Assembly: GCA_963422375.2 (NCBI GenBank)
Contig: OY729428.2
Location: 2,080,001-2,144,000, forward strand
DNA: 64,000 nt
Origin: Bryobacterales bacterium
GTDB taxonomy: Bacteria; Acidobacteriota; Terriglobia; Bryobacterales; UBA6623
Direction of reading: 5' to 3'
The position numbers and the translations under genes were made by a program. Positions within the stretch are counted from its first letter, which is position 1. Each line of letters opens with the position of its first letter. The notes beneath the pieces were generated by a model. That model saw only the letters and a list, made by a program, of their open reading frames with translations, was not told the DNA's origin and made no database searches. Positions 21,440-32,958 of the stretch are shown here, one piece after another.

Positions 21440-22750
21440 CTAGCCGGTCACGGCGGAAACAGTCCCGTAGGAGGTGGGGAAATGCTGGACCGGCGCCCCA
21501 ACCTCCCTCGCCACTGTCCGGTACAGGTCTCCGAAGGTTCCCGTCACCCGAGCGTGGCCGCCGGGCCTCAGAGCCCCCGCCCGGCCCGCGAGAATCACGG
21601 CCCCGCCGCTATTCTTGTGGACATTGGCTTCGGCATGCTCGTGAACGAACAGCAGGGCGCAGCTGTCCAGCAGGGAGCCGTCGCCCTCGGGCGTGCTCTT
21701 GAGCTTGGCGACCAAGTACGCGAACTCCTCCACGTGCCAGCGGCAGATGTCGCGCATGACCTCCTGCTGCTTCTGGCGATGCGCTCCGCCTAAGTGGGAG
21801 TACTCGTGGTGCCGTGCGAAGGAGAGCCCGAGCCAAGGGAACCGGGTGAGCCCCTGGCACTTGGTCAGCATGTACGACGCGACCCTGGTCTGGCCAGAGG
21901 CCAGCGCATGCACCAGCAGGTCGCTCTGAACCTTAGCGACGCGAGGATAGTCCCGCGGGTCGCCGCCCGCCACCGGCGGCTCGACGTTCCGCGCGTACTC
22001 GGCGGGAAAGCCCGCAATAGCCCGTTCTGTGTCGAATACAGAGGTCAGGTACTCGTCGATGCGCCGGGAATCCTCGCGGCCGAGGGTACTCCGCAATCGC
22101 CTAGCCTGGCCTCGCACCGCGTCTAGGACGCTGCGCTTGCGGCTCGCCCAGCCTTCGTCCAACCTGCCAAATAGCCGGTCGAACAGCTTCTGCGGGATGA
22201 CCTCGGGCGGCAGTGCGCGGTTCTTGGCACTCCAGCTCATGTTGCGCTGCATGCTGGTGCCGAACGACTCCTGGCAGACACCGATCTGCAGCGACTGGAA
22301 TCTCGAGTTGCCGCCGATCTCGCCGGCGACCACCTGGTCGATGGACGGGCCGCCGGCCCCCGTGCCGCTGTACTTTTCGCCGGACACCAAGGCGCTCATC
22401 GAGCGCTGGTGGCCGTTGCCGGCACCGCTCGTCTGGCCGTTGGGATTGTCGAGGCCGGAAATGATCTGGATGTCGCCCTTGAGCCGGGCCAGCGGCGACA
22501 GGCACGGAGTCAGCGCATATTCGCAGCCCTCGTCCCGCGGAATCCAGTAGCGTTCCGGTATGCCGTTGCCGTTGAACCAGAACACGAACCGCGTCTCCGG
22601 CGCGCTCGGCGCTGTTTCCGAACGGGCCGCGTAGGCCGTTCCGGCCGCATTGAACATGCAGGCCAGGGGCGGCAGTCCAATGCGGACGGCGGACCCGGCC
22701 AGTCCCATGCCGCCGAGGAAGGCGCGACGGTGCATCGGCTTCGAGTGCAT
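21440..22750 (-). CDS. DUF1552 family protein with Tat-like signal
   Basis: [42 protein letters not shown]. Confidence 0.88.
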   Translation of the reverse strand: MHSKPMHRRAFLGGMGLAGSAVRIGLPPLACMFNAAGTAYAARSETAPSAPETRFVFWFNGNGIPERYWIPRDEGCEYALTPCLSPLARLKGDIQIISGLDNPNGQTSGAGNGHQRSMSALVSGEKYSGTGAGGPSIDQVVAGEIGGNSRFQSLQIGVCQESFGTSMQRNMSWSAKNRALPPEVIPQKLFDRLFGRLDEGWASRKRSVLDAVRGQARRLRSTLGREDSRRIDEYLTSVFDTERAIAGFPAEYARNVEPPVAGGDPRDYPRVAKVQSDLLVHALASGQTRVASYMLTKCQGLTRFPWLGLSFARHHEYSHLGGAHRQKQQEVMRDICRWHVEEFAYLVAKLKSTPEGDGSLLDSCALLFVHEHAEANVHKNSGGAVILAGRAGALRPGGHARVTGTFGDLYRTVAREVGAPVQHFPTSYGTVSAVTG

Positions 22751-22752
22751 CG

Positions 22753-24882
22753 CTAGTCGCTCCATTCCGTGCCGAGGAACTCTTCCGTCACGACCAACCC
22801 TAGGATCAGTTCACGGAAGCGGAACCCCGCGCTCTCGAATCGATTATAGGCGGCGTCGATCAGCCGGAGGTCGTCGGAGGCCTCGTGCCGCCCGAACAGA
22901 TAGCGGAAGACTTGCTTGACGATGCATTTTTGGCAGATTCGCGAGTTGGCGAGGATTCGTCCGGCCTCCCGCGGTGTCGCGAACGCCGAGTCCTCGACGC
23001 CGGCGATGAAGCCCGCGGGGTCGATGGCGAGCTCGTGAGTCTCCGCCTTCATGCCCAGCCTCTCCTGCTGCGGCGTGGGCTCCACTCGCACCAGCTCGGT
23101 TTCGCGATAGGCCCCGATCGTGTCGAAGTGTTCGAAGCCGAAGCCGATGGGATCGACCAGTTTGTGGCAGGAAGCGCAGGCCTTGTCCGCGGCGTGCAGC
23201 TTCGTCATGGTCTCGCGCACGGTCCTGGGCTTCGCACCGAGCGAAATCGGAGGCAGGGACGCGTCGACGCCCGGAGGGGGCGGTGGAATCGCCTGGCACA
23301 GGAAGTGGTCGCGCACGAACAGGCCGCGTTCGGTGGGGGACGTCCCAGTCGGCTTGCCTGTCTGGGCTAGGAACGTTCCGTGGGAGAGGACGCCGGCCCG
23401 AGAAGAGCCCGCGGGATAGGGCGTCCTCGCGAACGCCTGCCGCGGGTCGGGCATGCGGTAGATGGCGGTCAGGAAGTCGTCGACGAACGTGAAGTCGGCC
23501 AGGAAGAACTCGCGGAAGTCGATGTCGTTCCAGGCAACGTGGCGAAAGAGGAGCCGAGATTCCTCCGTCATGCTCTCCGCGACCTCGCGGCTGAAGTCTC
23601 GGTACCGGTTCCGGTCCTTGACCGAGTCGCGCACGCGGTCGAACCGCAGCCACTGGGCGACGAATTCGTCGAACGCGTCGCGGGCCGGAGAGGCAGCGAG
23701 CATCCGGCGGGCTTGGCGCTCGATCTCGGCGGGACGGTCCAGCCTGCCGGCGGCGGCGGACATGAACAGTTCGTTGTCCGGCGGCGCGTTCCACAAGGCA
23801 TACGACAGCCGGGAGGCGACGTCGAACGGCTTGAGCGCGCTCGAGGGCGAGTGAGGCACGAGAAACAGGAAATCGGGAGACTGCAGGAGCACTTCGACGA
23901 CGGCCGAGGCGCCGGCGAGAAAGTCGACGTACCTAGAGGACCATTCGAGGAACAGATCGGCGAGAGCGGCGGTCTCGGACGGATCGAGAGGGCGGCGGTA
24001 GGCCTTGGCGCCGAAGTCTCCTACGAAGGCCTCGGCGCAGTCCCGGTCGACCGCTCCCGACGGCAGGCAGGGAATCAGCCCGCCCTCGTCGCCGTAGCGG
24101 AAAGCGTTGCGCTCGAGTCTCTCGGCCGCGCGGCCGTAGGCCTCGGCCAGCGCGGGAGTGACCGCTTGCGCGGATGCCTGATTCGTGTAGCCGTTGACGA
24201 AGTCTTCGGGCGGGAAGTTCCGGGACGGCCGAGTCCGGTCGCCCAGCAGGTCGCGAATCGAGTTGTCGTATTGGACGTGCGTGAGCCGCCGAAGCGGCTC
24301 GGGCGCGCGCTGCCGGCCCGCGACGGCAGCCGTCTCCACAGGGGCGGGCAGGCTGGCCAGGCGCTCGATCCACTGGACCAGCAGGTCCTCGTCGGTGCTG
24401 CCGAGGGCGACCAGAGGCCCTCCGGTATGCGGGATCCTATTCGTAGGCTTGGCGAGAAGGATGGAGGTGCCCGGGGCCCTCCGGTCAATCAGCCGCGCCA
24501 AGCCGAGGCCGAAACGCTGGATCACCTCGCGCGACGAACCTGACTCCGGGAAGTGCAGACGTGTATGCGATGCCACGCCGGATGCGTTGTGACAGGCCCG
24601 GCAGTTGTGCGCCTCGAGACGCGGGTAAAGGCCTTCGACGAAATCCGGATGCGCGGCGGCGGCCGGTCCGGGAAGAAGGCAGAGGGCGGCCAGGCAAGTC
24701 AACGGCGCCAGGTGCCGTACGGCTGACCTTGCGGAGGGTCTCGGTCGATCGATCTCCGTGGTGCCAGCCTGCGTTCGAGCCCCCACAGTTGAAGGGTACC
24801 AGTGCGAGCCCTCGTTCAAGCGCGGATGGCGAGTCCCGTGCGAACGGCCTTTTCCAGAGTGCTGCACCGGAGCGGCTGTCAC
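22753..24882 (-). CDS. DUF1592/DUF1588-type planctomycete cytochrome c-like multidomain protein (true start probably ~24700)
   Basis: CRACH and CASCH heme-c motifs; [39 protein letters not shown]. Confidence 0.88.
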   Translation of the reverse strand: MTAAPVQHSGKGRSHGTRHPRLNEGSHWYPSTVGARTQAGTTEIDRPRPSARSAVRHLAPLTCLAALCLLPGPAAAAHPDFVEGLYPRLEAHNCRACHNASGVASHTRLHFPESGSSREVIQRFGLGLARLIDRRAPGTSILLAKPTNRIPHTGGPLVALGSTDEDLLVQWIERLASLPAPVETAAVAGRQRAPEPLRRLTHVQYDNSIRDLLGDRTRPSRNFPPEDFVNGYTNQASAQAVTPALAEAYGRAAERLERNAFRYGDEGGLIPCLPSGAVDRDCAEAFVGDFGAKAYRRPLDPSETAALADLFLEWSSRYVDFLAGASAVVEVLLQSPDFLFLVPHSPSSALKPFDVASRLSYALWNAPPDNELFMSAAAGRLDRPAEIERQARRMLAASPARDAFDEFVAQWLRFDRVRDSVKDRNRYRDFSREVAESMTEESRLLFRHVAWNDIDFREFFLADFTFVDDFLTAIYRMPDPRQAFARTPYPAGSSRAGVLSHGTFLAQTGKPTGTSPTERGLFVRDHFLCQAIPPPPPGVDASLPPISLGAKPRTVRETMTKLHAADKACASCHKLVDPIGFGFEHFDTIGAYRETELVRVEPTPQQERLGMKAETHELAIDPAGFIAGVEDSAFATPREAGRILANSRICQKCIVKQVFRYLFGRHEASDDLRLIDAAYNRFESAGFRFRELILGLVVTEEFLGTEWSD

Positions 24883-25447
24883 CAGGCAAATGCCGAGTGC
24901 GCCTGGTATCCCTGCGAAACGAACCGTGCTTCGTCCGGCCGCCCTGGCTTGCAGGAGACTGCCAGCGGCTTCGGCGCCCGCATCCGTGGCTAAGGAAGTG
25001 GGGCTTCGGCTATTCCGTCGCTGTGATTTTCTACACTGCGGAAGCGACGCCTTCTCGTTCGCCGCTCAGCCGATCATCCGAAACTGACTAGCTGTCTCCG
25101 GACCGTCATCGGAATCGCGTGCGTCACTGGAGCCACACCGCGACCGTAGCCGGAGGCCTGCGGGTCGCACCTGCGAACTGTCCGAGCGAGGGTTGAATAC
25201 TTCATCTATTCCCCTGGCACCCAAGAACACTGGTACCGTCGAGTGACGCATCCGGTGAATGCGCACAGTTGACTTCGATCTGAGTTGATTCCATTCCTGG
25301 CACTTTCACAGACGAGGGTCATCGTCTCTCGCAGCGACCGCTTTGTGGCAATGGCGGCCTTCGCGACGATTCGCTGCCGCGCGGCAGCGGTCTCGGACGA
25401 TGCTGGTGTCTGACTCTAGCCTTAAAGGGGGGATCCAATCCGCCGCC

Positions 25448-27985
25448 GTGACCGAGGCTGCCCGACTCTTCTACCGATTGATCGGCCGACCGATGGCGCG
25501 GGAGCCTCTCCGGACGGGCCTGACGATCCTGTGCGTCGCTATCGGGGTCGCCGTAGTCGTCGCTATCGACTTGGCCGGCGAGGCCTCGGCCGGCTCCTTC
25601 AGGTCGTCGATGGAATCGATGCAGGGCAGCGCCAGCTACGAGATCAGCCAAGTAGGCGGCATCCCTGACAGCGCCTTCGGGAGGCTGTCAAGACTGCGAG
25701 AGCCGCTCCGCTTCGCGGCACGCGTCGAGGGGTACGCCACTTGGGTGGTGACCGGCGAGAGGGTTCCGATCTTCGGAGTCGACCTGATCGGCGACGAAGG
25801 ACTGCGGGGACGCATCGAACCGGGCGTGCCGAACCTAGAAGCCTTGCTCGACTCCCGGCCCGTGTGGGTCAGCGCGGTCTTGGGTGCCAGCGAGGGCGAC
25901 CGGATCGACTTGGCGGTCAACGGAACCCATGAAGAATTCATCGTGGGAGGCGTCCTGCGGGATCCGGCCGGGCGGTCGGGCCCGCTGGGCGCAGTGGTGC
26001 TCATGGACATCGCCCTAGCGCAGCAGGTGCTCGGGCGGGCCGGATTCCTCGACCGCATCTATGTCGAGACGCTCGGAGCCGGGCAAGAAAGGGACTGGGA
26101 GCCGACGATTCGCGAGGCCCTGCCCGCAGCGGCTGAGCTGGAGGCGGTCGGGGTTCGGTCCCGCCAGAATCGCAAGCTGCTCAACTCGTTCCGGTGGAAC
26201 CTCCAGATCCTCAGCTACATCGCCCTCATCGTGGGAGCGTTCTTGGTCTACAACACCGTCTCGGCGTCCGTAGTTCGCAGGCGCCACTGGATCGGCGTCG
26301 CGCGAGCTCTGGGCATGACTCGCGGTGCGATTCGGTTGGGATTCCTAGCGGAAGGGCTCTTCTTCGGCTTGACCGGCTCGGTGCTAGGACTGGCGCTGGG
26401 GCGGGCGATGGCCGCAGGGGCCGTGGAACTCATGGGGCGGACCGTGCAGTCCCTCTACGTCAGCAGCGCGCCCTCTTCTATAGAGGTCGGGCTCTCGACG
26501 GCCGCCGTCGCCGGGCTGGCCGGCATCGGCGTCTCGATCTTCTCGGCTTGGTGGCCGGCATCGGAGGCGGCGGCCGTCGCACCGGCCGTCGCCCTCGGGA
26601 AGGCCCATCTCGACTACCGGAGGCGCGTGGAGCAAGGCTCCTGGTCGACCCGCGGGCTGGCCTGCGCAGGCGTCTCCTCGGCTCTGTGTCTCGTGCCGGC
26701 ATGGGATCGCGTGCCCTTCGCGGCCTATGCCGCTTGCTTGGGCCTCGTCGCCGCTGCGACGATGCTGGTTCCGCGTGCCTGCGAAAGCGCGATCCGAGCC
26801 GCCTCTCGCCCGCTGCTGCGGCTCTTCGGCGCCGCTGCGCTACTCGGCGCCCGTACGCTGTCCGGATCACTGGCACGGACATCCGTGATCGTAGCCTCGC
26901 TTTCCACTGCGACCGCCATGATGGTCAGTGTCGCCATCATGGTCGGCAGCATGCGGGACACGCTCCTGATTTGGATGGACAGCCAGCTGCAGGCTGACCT
27001 GTACGTCCAGCCAGAAGGGCGGCCGGGAGAGGAATCCGCGCCGACGATGAGCAATGCAGTCGCGGCGATTATCGAAGCGCTGCCCCAAGTTGAAGCGGTG
27101 GACCGGTTCCGTCGCTACGCGATCAGCTACGGCGGGCTCCCTGCGACGCTGGCACTGGCTGATCTCGAGGTCGCGCGCGCCCAATCCGGAATCCGGTTCC
27201 TCGGTGGGCGGGACTTGGGCGACTTGGCGGATCGCTTGCTCTCGACGGACAGCGTGATCGTCAGCGAGCCGTTCAGCTCCAAGCACGGCGTGCAGGAGGG
27301 GGACACCGTCACCCTTCCCGTGGGCGACGGGGAGGTCGACTTCGACGTCGCCGGGGTCTACTACGACTACTCGTCGGAGCGCGGACTCGTCGTCGGCCAC
27401 CGGGACGTCCTGATGCGCTACCTGCCGGACGACCGGCCGTCGAGCTTGGCGGTGTACCTCGAGCGCCGGGCGGACCCGGAGGAGGCGCGCGCGCTCGTGG
27501 TCCGGGCGATCGGCAGCAGCGAGCTGCAGGTGTCGAGAACCCGCGAGCTGCGCGAGGGCGCGACCGAGGTGTTCGACAGGACGTTCGCCATCACCTACGC
27601 CTTGGAGGCGGTCGCGGTCTTCGTCGCCATTCTCGGCATGGCCGGGGCCTTGCTGACGCTCGTGATCGACCGCAGGTCAGAACTGGGGGTGCTACGCGTC
27701 CTAGGCGCATCCAAGGGCCAGGTGCGCGGTCTGGTGCTGGCTCAGGCAGGGCTGCTCGGGATCGTATCCACCGCGATCGGCCTCGCCCTCGGCTGCGCGC
27801 TGTCGGTGGTGCTCGTCAAGGTCATCAACAAGCAATCGTTCGGATGGACCATCCAGTTCCACTGGCCGGTCGCCCTGCTGCTCGCGGCGCTGGGCGCTGT
27901 CTTGGCGGCCAGCATGGCTGCCGGATGCTATCCGGCGCTCGTGGCATCGGCGCGGGATCCGCGGGAAATCATCCGCGAGGAGTAG
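25448..27985 (+). CDS. FtsX/MacB-like ABC permease (AttF/G-like)
   Basis: Two permease halves; FDRTFAITYALE, INKQSFGWTI. GTG start is inferred. Confidence 0.87.
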   Translation: MTEAARLFYRLIGRPMAREPLRTGLTILCVAIGVAVVVAIDLAGEASAGSFRSSMESMQGSASYEISQVGGIPDSAFGRLSRLREPLRFAARVEGYATWVVTGERVPIFGVDLIGDEGLRGRIEPGVPNLEALLDSRPVWVSAVLGASEGDRIDLAVNGTHEEFIVGGVLRDPAGRSGPLGAVVLMDIALAQQVLGRAGFLDRIYVETLGAGQERDWEPTIREALPAAAELEAVGVRSRQNRKLLNSFRWNLQILSYIALIVGAFLVYNTVSASVVRRRHWIGVARALGMTRGAIRLGFLAEGLFFGLTGSVLGLALGRAMAAGAVELMGRTVQSLYVSSAPSSIEVGLSTAAVAGLAGIGVSIFSAWWPASEAAAVAPAVALGKAHLDYRRRVEQGSWSTRGLACAGVSSALCLVPAWDRVPFAAYAACLGLVAAATMLVPRACESAIRAASRPLLRLFGAAALLGARTLSGSLARTSVIVASLSTATAMMVSVAIMVGSMRDTLLIWMDSQLQADLYVQPEGRPGEESAPTMSNAVAAIIEALPQVEAVDRFRRYAISYGGLPATLALADLEVARAQSGIRFLGGRDLGDLADRLLSTDSVIVSEPFSSKHGVQEGDTVTLPVGDGEVDFDVAGVYYDYSSERGLVVGHRDVLMRYLPDDRPSSLAVYLERRADPEEARALVVRAIGSSELQVSRTRELREGATEVFDRTFAITYALEAVAVFVAILGMAGALLTLVIDRRSELGVLRVLGASKGQVRGLVLAQAGLLGIVSTAIGLALGCALSVVLVKVINKQSFGWTIQFHWPVALLLAALGAVLAASMAAGCYPALVASARDPREIIREE

Positions 27986-28005
27986 CTCTCCGCGTGTCTG
28001 CGAGC

Positions 28006-28758
28006 ATGGTTGAAGAGGGGCGCTTGGCCGTTCGGACCGCCCCTGCGGGAGCCGCCCCGTTACCGGTACTGCGCTTCAGGAACGCCTCCAAGTGCTACGA
28101 GCTCGCCGAGCACGCCGTCGCGGCGTTGACCGACGTGACGGTGGCGGTCCGGCGAGGGGAGTTCGTGGCTGTGATGGGACGCAGCGGGTGCGGGAAGAGC
28201 ACGTTCCTGAACCTAGCCGGGGCCGTCGATCTGCCGTCCAGCGGTGAGGTGCTGATCGACGGCATCTCGACACGCGACTTAGACGACAATCAGCTGACTC
28301 GGGTCAGGCGTGACCGGGTCGGCTTCGTCTTCCAGGCATTCCACCTGTTCCCGACGCTGAGCGCGATCGAGAACGTAGAGGTGCCGCTGCAGCTCGCCCG
28401 CCGACCGGATCCGCGCTCCCGGTCCGAAGGGGTCTTGGACCTAGTCGGCATGGCGGGGCTGGGCGACCGCATGCCGCATCAGCTCTCGGGAGGCCAGATG
28501 CAGCGCGTGGCCATCGCCCGAGCCCTAGCGGCGTCGCCTGCAATGCTGCTCGCCGACGAGCCGACGGGAAACCTCGATAGCGAGATGGCCGAGTCGATCG
28601 TGGCCTTGTTCCGTCGTGTCAATGCCGGCCTCGGCACCACGATCGTGATGGCGACTCACAGCCCGGAGAACGCTCGCGCCGCCGACCGCGTGCTCGAGAT
28701 GAGAGATGGCAGGCTGGTTTCCGACAGGCCGGCGCTCCGCACCGATCGGGAGGGCTAA
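28006..28758 (+). CDS. ABC ATP-binding protein (LolD/AttE-like)
   Basis: [25 protein letters not shown]. Confidence 0.92.
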   Translation: MVEEGRLAVRTAPAGAAPLPVLRFRNASKCYELAEHAVAALTDVTVAVRRGEFVAVMGRSGCGKSTFLNLAGAVDLPSSGEVLIDGISTRDLDDNQLTRVRRDRVGFVFQAFHLFPTLSAIENVEVPLQLARRPDPRSRSEGVLDLVGMAGLGDRMPHQLSGGQMQRVAIARALAASPAMLLADEPTGNLDSEMAESIVALFRRVNAGLGTTIVMATHSPENARAADRVLEMRDGRLVSDRPALRTDREG

Positions 28759-29865
28759 GTGCTCCGTCTCGCTGCGACCCTGCTCGCGGCCGCGGTGCCG
28801 GCTCTGCCGTCCCCGTTCGTGCAGGCCGCGCCCGGTTACCAATTCGAGTTCCCGCGGGACCATTTCGAGCATCCCGAGTTCTCCACCGAGTGGTGGTACT
28901 ACACCGGCAATCTGGAGACCGGGCGCGGGCGTCGCTTCGGATTCGAGCTGACGTTCTTTCGAGTCGGACTCAGAAGAGCAGGTCCGCTCACGGGCACGTG
29001 GTCTCTCGACCAGATCTATCTGGCGCATTTCGCACTCACCGATGTTGAGGGTGGAAGGCTCCTCCGGGCCGAGCGAGCCAATCGCGCCGGGCCCGGCCTC
29101 GCGGGAGCGTCCGAGAAGAGCCGCACCGTCTGGAACGGCAACTGGAGCGTCGTGTTCTTGCCCGGCGACCCGCTCAGGCCGGCGCAGCGGCTTCACGCAA
29201 GTCTCGACGGAGCAGCCGTCGATCTGCTCCTGGAGCCGGCCAAGGCCGTTGTGGTCCACGGCACGAACGGCGTCAGCCGCAAGGCCGGCGGGGCTGGCGA
29301 GGCGTCGCACTACGCATCGTTCACACGCTTGGTCGCCGGCGGGACTGTCGCGCTGGACGGCCAAGAGCACCAAGTCAAGGGACTGGCGTGGATGGACCAT
29401 GAATTCTTCAGCGCGGGTCTCCCCGCCGACCTAGCGGGATGGGACTGGATGAGCATCCAGCTCGACGACGGCTCGGATCTCATGCTCTACGGCTTGCGGG
29501 GCAGGGGAGGCGCGCACAGCCGGTTCTCCTCTGGCACACTTGTCCATCCGGATGGCCGGACCCTCCGCCTGGGAGCTGGCGATTTCACCCTCACGCCCGG
29601 CCGAACCTGGCAAAGCGAGGAATCGGGTGCGGTCTATCCAGTCGAGTGGTCAATCAAGGTGCCCGGGCTTGACCTGGAACTGGCCTCTCGCCCGTTGCTC
29701 GACCAGCAGGAGCTGGTCAGCCCGCTTGGCTACACACCCGTCTACTGGGAAGGAGCCGTCACGTACGCCGGCGAGCGCCGTGGTCGGCCCGTGGTCGGTC
29801 GCGGCTATCTGGAAATGACCGGATACGACAAGCCGTTCGAGCTGCCCGGCCGTGATCAGCGGTAG
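28759..29865 (+). CDS. AttH/CrtC-like lipocalin-fold secreted protein
   Basis: FPRDH, TEWWYYTGNL, WMDHEF, GWDW, YWEGAV, GYLEMTGY. Confidence 0.88.
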   Translation: MLRLAATLLAAAVPALPSPFVQAAPGYQFEFPRDHFEHPEFSTEWWYYTGNLETGRGRRFGFELTFFRVGLRRAGPLTGTWSLDQIYLAHFALTDVEGGRLLRAERANRAGPGLAGASEKSRTVWNGNWSVVFLPGDPLRPAQRLHASLDGAAVDLLLEPAKAVVVHGTNGVSRKAGGAGEASHYASFTRLVAGGTVALDGQEHQVKGLAWMDHEFFSAGLPADLAGWDWMSIQLDDGSDLMLYGLRGRGGAHSRFSSGTLVHPDGRTLRLGAGDFTLTPGRTWQSEESGAVYPVEWSIKVPGLDLELASRPLLDQQELVSPLGYTPVYWEGAVTYAGERRGRPVVGRGYLEMTGYDKPFELPGRDQR

Positions 29866-29894
29866 TTAGTGGGCAGGTGACATTCGCTCCAATG

Positions 29895-29941
29895 CACTCG
29901 ATGCGGAAGCTGATGTCGGTCGCAGGCGCGGAACGAGTCAA
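29895..29941 (-). repeat. Direct-repeat copy of the nadC 3' end
   Basis: 44/47 identical to 35444-35490; weaker colinear similarity continues toward ~30030. Confidence 0.88.
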
Positions 29942-30431
29942 CTCGTCCATCGACGCGAAGCGCCCGCACTTCCGGACGTGGCTGCGAATGCATTCTGCAC
30001 ATACCACATGCCCGGCTTCGGCGCTGTTGCCCCGACCTGCCTGTTCGTGCGGACGGCCCGGCCGCGGTCCGGCTCGGCCCATGCCCAACCGACCCACCGA
30101 GACACTCGCTCAGTCGAGGCCGTTCGTTCAAACCAGGCACTGGCACCGTCCGGGAGTGGCTCGAATGGTCGGTCGGCGGCGAGGCTCTTCCCGCCATCCG
30201 ATTCCAGCCTTCCGGTCCGGACCCGAGCGTGCATGTGTTCGGTGTGGTATTCTCTCGCAGCCTTGGTCAACCGGACGGTTGGATCGACCAGACGAGGCCG
30301 CCGGGGACTAGGCAGCCTACTGCGGTTACAGGGTCGCGCGGGCGAATCGACTCTGGGGTGTTGATCAGCTTAGGATGCATTTCCACGAGGGAGCAGGCGC
30401 GTGGTCGACATCTGTCAGGGAGGAGAGTGGC

Positions 30432-30892
30432 GTGAAAGGCGCTTCTGAGAATGGCCGTGACGCGCTGAAGCCAGAGACTGTCCTCGAAAAGTACGTCCTG
30501 GATCGAGTTCTGGGCCACGGAGGTTTCGGGATTGTACATCTTGCTCATCACCAAGAGCTCGGCACGAGCGTTGCGATTAAGGAGTACATGCCGACGGATC
30601 TTGCCGTCAGACAGGGCAACGAAGTTCGTCTGCGCAATGACGATGCCGCGAAGGACTATTCTGAAGGACTACGACGATTTCGAGATGAAGCGCGACGTCT
30701 CTCTGAATTCCAACAACTTTCAAGTATTGTCTCATGCCGGGACTTTTTTTCGACTTAATGGTACTGCTTATTCTGTGATGGAATTTGTCGATAGAAAACC
30801 TATTTCAGAGCAGCTCTCAGAGTGTGAAAGACTGGGGGAGCCGTTTCAACAAGAGGAATTGTTGGCTGTCGTCGTTCCCTTGCTAAAAGGAT
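30432..30892 (+). pseudogene. N-terminal fragment of a Hanks-type Ser/Thr kinase
   Basis: GGAGG RBS; LGHGGFGIVH, VAIKEYMP, NGTAYSVMEFV; +1 T in the T7 run at 30744-30750; cut by an IS at 30893. Confidence 0.85.
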
Positions 30893-31929
30893 CCTGATTA
30901 CCCACGAGACTCAGCCAAGGTTAGGAGGCGGTAAGGCCTGGGCGGGGTGCGCACGGAGGCGTGGAGCAGGCGGGGGCCAGCGCCTCCGGATCGTAGCGGC
31001 GGTTGAAGCGGTAGCGGAACTCGGCGAGGTAGCGCGGCAGGTGTTTGCCGTCGAGCGCATGGCAGGTTCCCGCCAGGGACTGCTTGACGTTCGCCGGCAT
31101 CGTGTTGACCCGGAAGAAGCGGGAATCCCCGCAGCTCCGCTGCCCGCCTCCGGTGACGGTCGGCACGTGCTCGCAGCCGGCGCCGGCCACGCCCCGGAAG
31201 CAGGCCGGGCCGTCGGAATGCACCTCCGTGCCGGGCTGCAAGTGCCGCCCGGCCCACGCTGCCAGCGTCTTCTTGCGCAAGCCCGCCACGCTGCTCAGGC
31301 GCATCCTTTCCGTTCCGGCTGGCCGTCGGCGCTGACCTGCACGGCGGCGACGAACGGCGTCTTGCCCGCCGCGCCGCGACCGCGCTTGCCGCCGCTCCGC
31401 TCCCCGCCCCAGTAGGCGTCGTCCACCTGCACGATGCCGCCCAGCGGCAGGCGCTCGTCGCGCTCCTTCATCACTTGCAAGAGCTTGTGCTTCATCTTCC
31501 AAGCCGTGTTCTGGCTCACGCCCAGCTGCCGCGCCAGTTCCAGCGACGAAACGCCGTGCTGGCCCTGCGTCAGCAGGTGCAGCGCCAGGAACCAAACGGT
31601 CAGCGGCAGCTTGGTGGCGGCGAAGAGCGTGCCGGCGACGAGGGAGGTCTGGCGGTGGCAGGCATGGCACTGCCAGAGCTTGCGGGAGCGGATGCGGCAG
31701 TGCCGGCGGGAGCCGCACTCCGGGCAGCGGAAGCCGGCCGGCCAGCGGGCGTTGAAGACGGCCTGCTCGCATTGGCCCTCGCTGCCGTAGCGCTGCAGGA
31801 ACTTGCCCAGGCTGAGTCCCTTCTGGAATTGCACGCGATTGCGTTTCATCTGCTATCCCCTTTCCTGTCAGAGATTTCCGACCTCCTTCAGTATAGCATA
31901 TCCTCGGCTGACGTTCGTTGGTAATCAGG
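30893..31929 (-). mobile_element. IS1595-family element copy 1 (transposase pseudogene 30898-31849)
   Basis: IRs CCTGATTACC / GGTAATCAGG; Zn ribbon CPECG..CHAC, VDDAYWGG, HSDG, YLAEFRYRFNRR; two frameshifts; no target duplication. Confidence 0.9.
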
Positions 31930-32958
31930 TTGAAGATTGAGGCACGAGTGAGCGCGGCCGTCAGCGGAAAGGTCGATCCTATGCCCTCGGCGATGGATTT
32001 CGGGCGGGGACGGTTCTCTCCCGAGTTGCTCGAGGCGATTCGCTCTTGCCTCCGCCTGCGGCCAGAGGACCGCTTGGGGAGTGCCGCCCATCTCCTGAAG
32101 CTTCTAGATCCCGACCAACATGGCGACACTCTACCCGTACAAGAACACGAGGATTCAGGGCAGCATCGCTCGAGAGCAAGAGCCAACGCACGAGGCAGCC
32201 GTTGGCGCACCAGCAAGAGAATGCTCTTGGCCGGGATCGCATTCGGCACTGCAATGGCCATTGGGGCTCTTTGGTATGGGACGCGCACGGCAGGCAGTGA
32301 GTATCCGGTTCCTTGGACTGGTGACCCATACGTTGTGGGTGACCGGTTCCGCGATTGCAACGAATGCCCGGAGATGATGGTCGTGCCCGCTGGTCGTTTC
32401 GTGATGGGGTCGCCCGAGTCGGAACGAGGAAGGGAGGACGATGAAGGTCCGCAGCGTGCCATCGTAATTCGTCACGCGTTTGCCGTCGGCGTATACGAAC
32501 TTACTTTGGCCGAGTGGGAGGCCTGTAGTTGGGCGGGAGACTGCGGGCAACTCTATCCCTCTCACGAGGGATGGGGGCGGGATTCACGACCAGTGATTCA
32601 CGTCAGATACAGCGATGACCATTCCTATATCAAATGGATCAGCGGGCGAACAGGGAAAACCTACCGGCTGCTCATCGAGGCCGAATGGAAATACGTATCA
32701 CGGGCTGGAACGACGACTCAATTTTCGTTTGGAGACGAGATTTCAACACAAGATTCTAACTACATGAGTCTTCTCGGCGGGACCGTAGAAGTAAGGGAAT
32801 ATCCACGGAATGAGTTTGGATTACATGACCTACAAGGAAATGTATGGGAGTGGGTGCAGAGTTGTGAAACCCTAAGTAATTGCTGGTTTGTGTATCGGAG
32901 AGGCGGTGGATGGAATGACGCCGAGCAGAGCTTGCGATCAACTAACCGTGCTAGATTT
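31930..32958 (+). pseudogene. C-terminal part of the kinase fusion: kinase C-lobe end, TM helix, FGE-sulfatase (SUMF1) domain
   Basis: LRLRPEDR; FRDCNECPEMMVVPAGRFVMGS; NEFGLHDLQGNVWEW; RGGGW; truncated before the final GFR motif. Confidence 0.85.

Noticed and set aside
28759..29865. Carotenoid biosynthesis (crtC)
   Set aside because: Context is an AttEFGH-like ABC module with no crt genes; the fold alone does not establish the function.
30921..32462. 513-aa minus-strand ORF across the IS/FGE junction
   Set aside because: Chance chimera; only a short part is in the transposase frame, because of the frameshifts.
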